Shown here: in pieces, positions 56,869 to 64,000 of the stretch | How positions within the stretch are numbered: position 1 is the stretch's first letter | Layout of the letters: each line of letters opens with the position of its first letter | Source of the DNA: Thermoproteota archaeon | Lineage (GTDB): Archaea; Korarchaeota; Korarchaeia; Korarchaeales; JAOZGB01 | Length of the DNA stretch: 64,000 nucleotides | NCBI GenBank assembly: GCA_037917685.1 | Contig: JAVCBU010000006.1 | Coordinates: forward strand, 288,001 to 352,000 | Direction: 5' to 3' | Position numbers and translations under genes: made by a program | The notes under the pieces: generated by a model | Databases searched by the model: none | What the model was told of the DNA's origin: nothing | The model's input: only the letters and a program-made list of their open reading frames with translations

Positions 56869-58004
56869 TGCCCGGTCATCTCCTCAACGATGGTCGCATA
56901 CACCCTTGCGGAGGTAACTACACTATCAAATTCAACATATTCGTCAGGGGCATGCTCGTTCATCCCGGAAGGACCGAAGACCAGAGTTGGAATCTTGGCT
57001 CTATTGTTGAGGTAGTTTGCATCATTAACAGATGCTGAAATACCTAGCTCTGGGGGGCGTCTCAACACACGGGTGATGATTTCTCTCACTTTTTCGACGA
57101 TTTCGTTTTCGATGTAGTAGGGTTCCATGTAGGGTGTTGGTCTCTTCATTAAATCGATGTTTGGTTTAACTTTCAGGTTTGGCGTTTCGAAGACAGCCTT
57201 TATAAACCTCTTTCTAGCCGATATCTTACTAACCCCCGGCGGATAGTGGACGTCAACCCTTAATATGCATCTCTCCGGGTGAGTTAGGATTGATTCGCTT
57301 GACTTTATACTTAGAGGTGCAACGTTGGTTCTGGCTTTATCTTTTCCAGTTGGGAATGATGCTTTGGTTAGGTACAACACTATCTTACTTGCCTCAACTA
57401 TAGTGTTTATAGCACCCTTCGTTACTGCACCGTGGGAAGGCCTCCCTCTTATGTCAACATCGAACACAAGTCTCCCATGGCCTCCACGCACCAGTCTAAG
57501 CCTTGTGGGTTCGGCGACGATGGCTAACTTTACATTTCTTAATTTTCCACTTTCTATTAGTGTATATGTCCCCCTACTAAACCCTTCTTCGTCGCATACG
57601 GCTGAGAAGATAATTGTTTTCCTTGGCTTGAACTCGGAGTCTTTCATGGCATAGAAGACCTCCATTATGGCTGCAAGGCCAGCCTTGGTATCTAAGGCTC
57701 CCAAGCCGTATATTCTGCCGTCTTCTTCTTCGCCATTTATGTTCTTCGTCCATCCAGAAAAGGGCTCTACCGTGTCCATGTGTGTATTGAGGAGTAGCGC
57801 CTCACTGGATTCACCCCTTATTATTCCTATGATGTTCCCGCCACAATCTGGGACTGGCTGCAGCGTTACATTGTCGCAGATAGGCCGTAGCTTTCTGTTT
57901 AGATAGTCTACAATCATGTCTTCCTTGGTATAAATGCTTCTTATCGAGATGAGTCTTAAAAGAGTCTCCTTAAGCCTATCCTCATTAATATACTCTGCCA
58001 ACAT
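56865..58004 (-). CDS. M20 metallopeptidase/deacylase (ArgE/DapE family)
   Basis: H.DTV, GLGA.D.K.G, DEE, AEPT, HG, H..DE. Confidence 0.88.
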   Translation of the reverse strand: MLAEYINEDRLKETLLRLISIRSIYTKEDMIVDYLNRKLRPICDNVTLQPVPDCGGNIIGIIRGESSEALLLNTHMDTVEPFSGWTKNINGEEEDGRIYGLGALDTKAGLAAIMEVFYAMKDSEFKPRKTIIFSAVCDEEGFSRGTYTLIESGKLRNVKLAIVAEPTRLRLVRGGHGRLVFDVDIRGRPSHGAVTKGAINTIVEASKIVLYLTKASFPTGKDKARTNVAPLSIKSSESILTHPERCILRVDVHYPPGVSKISARKRFIKAVFETPNLKVKPNIDLMKRPTPYMEPYYIENEIVEKVREIITRVLRRPPELGISASVNDANYLNNRAKIPTLVFGPSGMNEHAPDEYVEFDSVVTSARVYATIVEEMTGQ

Positions 58005-58019
58005 GATAGATCCAGCCCC

Positions 58020-58619
58020 CTAGAACTTTACACGTTTCTCCCGGAAGCCCTTCCTATCTATTATGAGAAGATCTACACCATCTCCGGTTAAAACGTCCCT
58101 GCTTATAGCTGACTTAACTGCTTTAACCGCAAGCTCTTCACAATCTCCAATTTTCATGTCTTCCTTATACTCCTTCTCCATAATACCCATTGCGAGCTCA
58201 GCCCCCGAGCCTACGGCAGCATACTTCTCTAGTATTACAGAGCCCACGATGTCAAGGGTATATATTTGGCTTCCATCCTCATCTATTCCTCCGACTATTA
58301 TCTCTGTTATAAACGGATAGAGAAACCTTCTTCCAAACAAGATATTTGAGAGAAGGCGTGCGCAGGTTTTTACTTTTATCTCATCCAAACCCAACTCGAG
58401 CATGTATAGGTCAGCATTTGCCTTAACATACTTGGTGAGCCTCTGGAAATCCGAAGGCAGCCCAGCGCAGGCCATCCCAACGTTAAAAGCGATAGGAAAA
58501 GTCTTTTTAATCCTTTTAGACGCTATAAAAGTCCCATATGTTGCTCTCCTGTCTGTTGCAAGGACTACACCTTCTCTACATGCGATTCCTATAGCAGTTG
58601 CCCCTAGGTAAACTCCCAA
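58020..58619 (-). CDS. psmB: Proteasome beta subunit, probably non-catalytic (Ala at Thr1 position)
   Basis: G/ATAIGI...GVVLA.D.RA, AG..SD.Q, GG.D, GSG...A.G..E, RD..TGDG. Confidence 0.9.
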   Translation of the reverse strand: MGVYLGATAIGIACREGVVLATDRRATYGTFIASKRIKKTFPIAFNVGMACAGLPSDFQRLTKYVKANADLYMLELGLDEIKVKTCARLLSNILFGRRFLYPFITEIIVGGIDEDGSQIYTLDIVGSVILEKYAAVGSGAELAMGIMEKEYKEDMKIGDCEELAVKAVKSAISRDVLTGDGVDLLIIDRKGFREKRVKF

Positions 58620-58666
58620 AGTTATCCCCCTTTACTATTTCTCAACCCTGGAGATAAATAATATAT

Positions 58667-59989
58667 TTAAGCTTTGATATAGCCAGGAGCCACATATACG
58701 AATCCAGCCTTTAAAACATCAATAGGTCTAAACATGTATCTCCCATCGTAAAGGACGGGTTTTTCATATTTTGTTAGTCTCTTTATCATTCCAAGGTCTA
58801 AACCAGCGAATTCAGGATGATCGGCGCCTATAACAACACAGCAGGAGTCTTTAACACATTCTATAATATTCCTGCAGCTGCTAGCTTCAGGTAAGTACGG
58901 ATCGTAAGATTCCACTTGGTACCCCATATCCTTTAACTGTTCAGCAATCCTGATTGCCGGGCTATTTGCAGTATCCCCGATTCCTCCCTTATAGGATAGC
59001 CCTAAGATCGCCACTTTCAAAGATTCCCCGGTAAAATACTTCTTTATCACTTTGTCAATCTGGTTTGCCGCGTACCTACTCATCTCATCATTTACGTTTC
59101 TAGCTTCAAGTATGAGTGGAGACTCATATCCATAGTCTTTTACATGGCTGTACAGTATTAGTGGATCTTTTGTTAGACAGGGTCCGCCCACCCCAATTCC
59201 AGGCTTTAAAATGTTTACCCTTGGGTGTTTGTTTGCGATTCTAATAGCCTCCTCAGGGTCTACTTTAAAATAGGAGCATATTCTTGCGATGACATTTGCC
59301 AGGGCTATGTTAACGTCTCTATAGGTGTTTTCTATAAGTTTTACTATTTCAGCGGTTTCAGGGCTTGTTACGTCGATTTCACCGGATGTTATCCTCTTGT
59401 AAAACTCTGTAGCCAGTAGGGCTGAGGTTTCGTCAAAACAGCCTAAAACCCTGTTACATGTAGTCAGCTCCTCAATCATCCTTCCAGGTAGTATCCTCTC
59501 CGGGGCATATGCGTAGAACAGGTTTTGTCCTATAACTAACCCCTTCTCCTTTAGTATAGGAGCGATCACCTTACGGCTTGCCCCCGGGGGGATTGTGCTT
59601 TCTACAACTACGAGTTCTCCGCCATCCATCATGTTTCTAATGGTTTTTAAAGCTGTTTTTAGGTAGTTTAAGTTGGCTCTACCGTTTTCTATCGGGGTTG
59701 GAACTGCAACTATGTATATTTCATACTTCTGGCGAGAATTAAGTTTAGAATCTACGTCCAACATGCCGGCACTTATCGTCTCAGAAAGTAGCCTTTCCAG
59801 CTTAGGTTCACTGTTAAGGTTTTTCCCCTCAATTATAGATTTAACCCTCTCAGCCGATATATCGTAGCCTTTAACCCTGTATCCCTTGCTGCAAATAACT
59901 GTAGCTAAGGGTAGGCCGACTCTTCCCATGCCTAATACGCACACCCTAGCTGTTTTCTCTTTTATCTTCTTTAATAGCGTGTTCTCCAT
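58667..59989 (-). CDS. Nucleotide-sugar dehydrogenase (UDP-ManNAc/UDP-GlcNAc dehydrogenase, WecC-like)
   Basis: G.G.VGLP.A, VPTP, ESTI.PG, PER..PG, K..EN..RDVNIA, HPRVNIL.PG.GVGG.C..KDP. Confidence 0.9.
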   Translation of the reverse strand: MENTLLKKIKEKTARVCVLGMGRVGLPLATVICSKGYRVKGYDISAERVKSIIEGKNLNSEPKLERLLSETISAGMLDVDSKLNSRQKYEIYIVAVPTPIENGRANLNYLKTALKTIRNMMDGGELVVVESTIPPGASRKVIAPILKEKGLVIGQNLFYAYAPERILPGRMIEELTTCNRVLGCFDETSALLATEFYKRITSGEIDVTSPETAEIVKLIENTYRDVNIALANVIARICSYFKVDPEEAIRIANKHPRVNILKPGIGVGGPCLTKDPLILYSHVKDYGYESPLILEARNVNDEMSRYAANQIDKVIKKYFTGESLKVAILGLSYKGGIGDTANSPAIRIAEQLKDMGYQVESYDPYLPEASSCRNIIECVKDSCCVVIGADHPEFAGLDLGMIKRLTKYEKPVLYDGRYMFRPIDVLKAGFVYVAPGYIKA

Positions 59990-60055
59990 CTATAACAGGA
60001 ATGTGCTCTCTTTGATTTAAATTTTATAATCATTCTGGGTTGAAAGTGTTGAAAT

Positions 60056-60262
60056 CTACTTAAAGAGAGTTCCAGCTTCCTCCCTCTTCTTGAGAACCAC
60101 AAGATACCCTGCTATTCGATTCCTAATCTTTTTAGAATCTATCTCACATATCTCTTTTAATATCTGCTTGTTTTTTTCAAAGTCCCTTGTGAAAAGATCC
60201 GGGTACTCTTTAAACAGCTTCCACGCGTATCTCTTTACTACCGCAGACCTTACCTTTCCCAA
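60056..60262 (-). CDS. rps17e: 30S ribosomal protein S17e
   Basis: MGKVR...VKR.A..L...YPD.F..DF..NK......SK..RNRIAGY. Confidence 0.95.
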   Translation of the reverse strand: MGKVRSAVVKRYAWKLFKEYPDLFTRDFEKNKQILKEICEIDSKKIRNRIAGYLVVLKKREEAGTLFK

Positions 60263-60298
60263 ATCTCTGAACCCAGATTTATGTAGTTAAGGTAAGTT

Positions 60299-61354
60299 TT
60301 AAAGTTTAACCCAGAGGAGCCTCCTGCTAGCTGCTTTCTCAACTATCTGCGCTGGACTGAGAACCTTAGGCTTACCCAGGCCCTCCACAGATTTAAGATT
60401 CAGGTATCCTACTGGGCATGGGGCGACGATGATGTCTGCCCCCATTGACATTGCTTCTATCATTAACAGCTCTGCCATCTTTTTTGCTGAGTTCTCGTGT
60501 GCAAAGTAAGTTACACCACCTCCCCCTCCACAGCACCCGGTCTCCTTTAACTCTATAGGTTCAACTCCAGGCATCTGCTCAAGCATTTCTAAAGTTTTAT
60601 TCCTTTCTTTCGGGAGGTAGCAAGGTTTATAATACGCTATTTTGGATCTGAACCTCTTCTTATACTTTATTTCAAGTTCTACTATAACCTCTGTCATATG
60701 GCTTACTCTATCCTTTCCAACTATTTTTTCAAGCCTCACTAGGCATATCGGGCATGATGTAATGATCTTTTCAAATTCTAGGTCTTCTAAGCTGGATTTC
60801 AACTTCATAAGGCTTATATCGCCGAGCGCCTCATAACCAGCTTCGCTTATAAGTCCACCCCCGCATACCGGCATAAATGTTTGCGCCGTTTGGGATAAGA
60901 AGTTCATGATCACCTTGTAATCTGATTTTCCGCAGTCTTGGGCGAAGTTTTTCACCACACAACCCGGGTAGTATATAACTTCAGAGTCTTTCACCTGTGA
61001 TGGCTCTGGCTCTCCTGCTATAAAGCCTTTATTACGTAATTGTGTTGCCATCTCGTCTATCACGGGGGAAACCAGATACCCCTCATCTATTAGCCTAGTC
61101 CTAGCCTTTCTTATTTCGCTTGCAACGTTTATCCCTGATACGCATATTTCCCCACATTTATTACAGAGGGTGCAAGTGTACATTTTTTTAATGTACTCGA
61201 GGCTAACCTTCATTACATTTCTATTCAGCATCCCCAGAAGTTGTAGCCTACCGCGGGGGGAGTTGCTCTCCCTATAGCCAAGAGCTTTATATGAGGGGCA
61301 AGTGTAGAGGCAATATCCGCATTTCTTACAACTTTCATAGTCCATTATGATCAC
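60299..61354 (-). CDS. GlcF/HdrD-like Fe-S oxidoreductase subunit (ferredoxin plus CCG domains)
   Basis: CKKCGYCLYTCP, SPRGR, CTLCNKC..IC, PGC, CP.C, PC, CCGGGG. Confidence 0.8.
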   Translation of the reverse strand: MIIMDYESCKKCGYCLYTCPSYKALGYRESNSPRGRLQLLGMLNRNVMKVSLEYIKKMYTCTLCNKCGEICVSGINVASEIRKARTRLIDEGYLVSPVIDEMATQLRNKGFIAGEPEPSQVKDSEVIYYPGCVVKNFAQDCGKSDYKVIMNFLSQTAQTFMPVCGGGLISEAGYEALGDISLMKLKSSLEDLEFEKIITSCPICLVRLEKIVGKDRVSHMTEVIVELEIKYKKRFRSKIAYYKPCYLPKERNKTLEMLEQMPGVEPIELKETGCCGGGGGVTYFAHENSAKKMAELLMIEAMSMGADIIVAPCPVGYLNLKSVEGLGKPKVLSPAQIVEKAASRRLLWVKL

Positions 61355-62653
61355 CTATATCTTTCCAGGATTCATAATTCCCGAAGGGTCTAAGCTCTTC
61401 TTTATTTGGATCAACCTCTTAATATCATCAGTTGAATAGCCTAGAGCTACCCACTGCCTCCACCCCGGCCTCAACACTTCGCTTTCTCCACTATTCATAT
61501 GTACGGCTAAATCTATAATCTTCTTTCTAGCCTTAATAGCTCTCTCAGCTTCGCTGGCTTCCAACTTTGCCACTATGGTGGGGTAGAACTCGCAGTTAAG
61601 AGCATTCCCATAGATTCCAATGTCAAGTCTATACTCTCCGGAGATCCTTTCAACCCCCCAGAAAAATTCAGGGAGGCTGTTCTTCGGTATCTTAACCCTA
61701 CACCTCACGATGAACTTGTTTTGTCTGCAGATTGAAGCGAATAGGCTGTCTCTGAAGTTCCATACGATGCTGGGTTCATTCTCATAAATTTGATACTGGA
61801 TGGGTTGAACTTCACTAACTATTTCCGTTATCCTTTTTGTAACATCTTCTTTAAACTCGGCAAGGATGAACGCTTGTCCTATCGGCTCAGGCCAACCTTT
61901 AAGTTTGTAGTTGAACGAAACAGTTTTTTGGTCTATGATCTCCATATTTACAATTTCACTTATGCTTGAGAGCAGTGTTGTGGCCTTAATAGCTTCTTCA
62001 ACGGTTCCATATTCAGCGTAAAATCCTACTTTGCCTGTAACTTTTCTTAGGATTAATGTTGCATCTATTATTATTCCAAAAATCCCTTTCGATCCAACTA
62101 TATCTCTAACGCTAGGGTTGCTTTCTCGGGTGATATCGATAACACCTTTTCCAGGTGTTACCATTCTAATCCTTTCAACATTTTCTATGATGCCTCCCAA
62201 ACCTTGGATGCATGAATATCCTTCTGATATTAATCCACCTATAGTTTTTGGCAGTGTGTAAACAGTTGCCAGGGGGAAAATCATGTCTGCTGCACTCTGC
62301 TCAATCTCATCAATCAAGCACCCAGCTTCTGCTTTGACATAGCCGTTTTCAGCTTTAACGATGAAGTTTCTCATTCTAGCCATATGTACAACTATCCCAC
62401 CCTTTTCCGGGATAGCTGATCCCTCGATACTTGTTCCGGAGCCTCTTGGTACCATGGGGACTTGCTTCTCCCTTGCTATGTCAATTATCTTAATGACGTC
62501 CTCTATTGTTTCTGGCCAAACTATAACATCAGGTTTCCCTGTGATAGGACTTGAGTCGTAACTATAGCATAAAAGTTCAAGTTCATCTGTGGAGATCTTG
62601 TCATCCCCCAGCTCCTTCACTAACTCTTTGTATACATCGGAGCTTATGGGCAT
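61355..62653 (-). CDS. GlcD-like FAD-linked oxidase subunit with degenerate C-terminal motifs
   Basis: Y..D, P.V.V.P, PRGSGTS..G...P, TIGG, GS.G..GII, K...DP.G.MNPGK. Confidence 0.8.
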   Translation of the reverse strand: MPISSDVYKELVKELGDDKISTDELELLCYSYDSSPITGKPDVIVWPETIEDVIKIIDIAREKQVPMVPRGSGTSIEGSAIPEKGGIVVHMARMRNFIVKAENGYVKAEAGCLIDEIEQSAADMIFPLATVYTLPKTIGGLISEGYSCIQGLGGIIENVERIRMVTPGKGVIDITRESNPSVRDIVGSKGIFGIIIDATLILRKVTGKVGFYAEYGTVEEAIKATTLLSSISEIVNMEIIDQKTVSFNYKLKGWPEPIGQAFILAEFKEDVTKRITEIVSEVQPIQYQIYENEPSIVWNFRDSLFASICRQNKFIVRCRVKIPKNSLPEFFWGVERISGEYRLDIGIYGNALNCEFYPTIVAKLEASEAERAIKARKKIIDLAVHMNSGESEVLRPGWRQWVALGYSTDDIKRLIQIKKSLDPSGIMNPGKI

Positions 62654-62707
62654 CTATTAGTTAAGTGATTGGGAATAGTTAAAAGTTTCATCAGCCGCCA
62701 TGGAATT

Positions 62708-63853
62708 ATGGAGAAACAATTAAAGACGCTTCTATATAACATACATGTTAGTAAAGGGGCTAAGATTGTGGACTTTGCAGGATGGCTAATGCCTCTGTGG
62801 TATTCGGGTACCACTGATGAGGTTTTAGCAGTTCGGAACAACGCTGGGATATTTGATGTCTCTCATATGGGCAGGTTTATTATCGAAGGTCCGGATGCTG
62901 AAAAGCTGTTACAGCATGTAACAACGAATAATGTTTCAAAGCTTACACCTGGGAGGGCCCACTACACAACGTTAACCAATGAAAATGGTGGAATTAAAGA
63001 TGACGAGGTAATACTGAGGATAGGTGAAGAAAAATTCATAGAGGTCACTAATGCGGCGACGAGAAAGAAAATATGGAATTGGATAAATAAGATTGCCCGA
63101 GAAAAAGGCTTCAAAGTTTCGATAAGTGACGAAACATTTAATTCAACGATGCTAGCACTTCAAGGTCCTAAATCCATCGAAATTATCAAAAAGCTTGCTG
63201 GAAGTAACGTGTCAGACATGAAAAGGTTTAGGCTTTCACTAGTTGAGATAGCTGGCTCCGAGAGAGTTGTTAGCAAGACGGGATATACCGGTGAAGCTGG
63301 GTTTGAAATAATAACTCTAGGAGAAGAGCCTGGAAACCCTAAGAAGACTTTGAAGCTTGTTGAAGAGATAGAGAGGATAGGGAAAAATTATGGTTTAAAA
63401 TTCTGCGGTCTCAGTGCGAGGGATGTCCTGAGACTTGAGGCCGGCATGATACTTTATGACCATGACGCTGATGAAACAACAACCCCCTTTGAGGCTAATA
63501 TTTCATTTGTGGTCAAATTGGACAAGGGTGATTTCATAGGCCGTGAAGCTCTGGCGAGGCAGGCCGAAGAAGGGGTTAAAAGGCTTAGAGTCGGCCTCAA
63601 GATGCTTGGAAAATCTATAGCGAGGCATGGATACAAAGTTTTCAGCAAGGATGGAAAGGAGATAGGGAGGATTACTAGTGGAAACTACAGCCCAATAGTT
63701 GGCTGTGGGATTGCGATGGCCTATTTACCCGTTGAGTACTCAGAGATAGGAGTAAAGGTAAAAGTGGAGATTCGGGGGAGAATTGAGGAAGCAGTAGTTC
63801 ATAAGATGCCATTCTACGATGAGTCTAAGTATGGCTGGCGGAGATCAGCCTAG
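62708..63853 (+). CDS. gcvT: Glycine cleavage system T protein (aminomethyltransferase)
   Basis: FAGW.MP..Y, R...G.FDVSHMG, GG..DD, ALQGP, TGYTGE.G.E, GL.ARD.LRLEAG, G..TSG..SP, PFYD. Confidence 0.95.
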   Translation: MEKQLKTLLYNIHVSKGAKIVDFAGWLMPLWYSGTTDEVLAVRNNAGIFDVSHMGRFIIEGPDAEKLLQHVTTNNVSKLTPGRAHYTTLTNENGGIKDDEVILRIGEEKFIEVTNAATRKKIWNWINKIAREKGFKVSISDETFNSTMLALQGPKSIEIIKKLAGSNVSDMKRFRLSLVEIAGSERVVSKTGYTGEAGFEIITLGEEPGNPKKTLKLVEEIERIGKNYGLKFCGLSARDVLRLEAGMILYDHDADETTTPFEANISFVVKLDKGDFIGREALARQAEEGVKRLRVGLKMLGKSIARHGYKVFSKDGKEIGRITSGNYSPIVGCGIAMAYLPVEYSEIGVKVKVEIRGRIEEAVVHKMPFYDESKYGWRRSA

Positions 63854-64000
63854 AAGCTTCTTCTATAATCTTTGAGGCTAAAACCCTACCTACACCCTCC
63901 ACTGATGACAAGTCTTCGACGCTCGCTGAGGCTAAAGAGCTGAGACTCCTATACCCAGCGTTAAATAGGCGCCTTGCCCTGACCCTGCCAACTCCTCTTA
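63825..64000 (-). CDS. hel308: C-terminus of Hel308/Ski2-like helicase (partial, runs off window)
   Basis: RGVGRVRARRLFNAGY.S...L......L..V.GVG..LA.KI (RAR motif plus HhH). Confidence 0.8.
   Translation of the reverse strand, partial: RGVGRVRARRLFNAGYRSLSSLASASVEDLSSVEGVGRVLASKIIEEASRLISASHT

Noticed and set aside
56865-58004. M20 enzyme as the YgeY equivalent of the ureide pathway
   Set aside because: Sits in a housekeeping run (psmB, S2P, NOG1, trm11, rnz) 27 kb away and shows only generic M20 motifs
1327-63648. Numerous antisense and alternate-frame ORFs in the supplied track (e.g. 1758..2225, 15891..16388, 41704..42291, 48724..49251)
   Set aside because: They lie over well-supported genes, have shadow-like Ser/Ile/Pro composition and show no motifs
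1-64000. Transposases, integrases or proviral genes
   Set aside because: No ORF with DDE, tyrosine/serine recombinase, TnpB or capsid motifs was recognised

Overview
Gene-dense archaeal chromosome segment of about 55 genes. It is probably from a (hyper)thermophilic TACK/Thermoproteota lineage, inferred from a tetraether synthase, a tRNA-Pro with a D-arm intron, a TackOD1-type protein, an Ala1 proteasome beta subunit and a C/D sRNA. The region ~5-33 kb is dominated by nucleoside, purine and ureide catabolism. It encodes IOR alpha/beta, an atypical PLP threonine-synthase-family enzyme, two knotted YgeW/AOTCase-like carbamoyltransferases, a hydantoinase/allantoinase-like enzyme, a BMP-family ABC importer, a 6-oxopurine-type nucleoside phosphorylase, a PfkB kinase, adenine deaminase, ACD-alpha (plus a decayed copy) and ribose-1,5-bisphosphate isomerase. 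Converging on the isomerase is an intact ORF for a RuBisCO-fold protein that has lost essentially every catalytic residue. The region ~33-41 kb is a type IV pilus locus (PilB, PilC/TadC, pilin) with a MinD ATPase, a CdvA-like coiled-coil protein, a membrane-anchored HEPN-like protein, a TackOD1 protein, a perfect 18-bp inverted repeat and a sharp strand-composition switch. The rest is tRNA-processing and housekeeping genes, two TA modules and further apparently catalytically degenerate paralogs (TGT-like, GlcD-like). All calls come from motif recognition by eye; no database searches were run.
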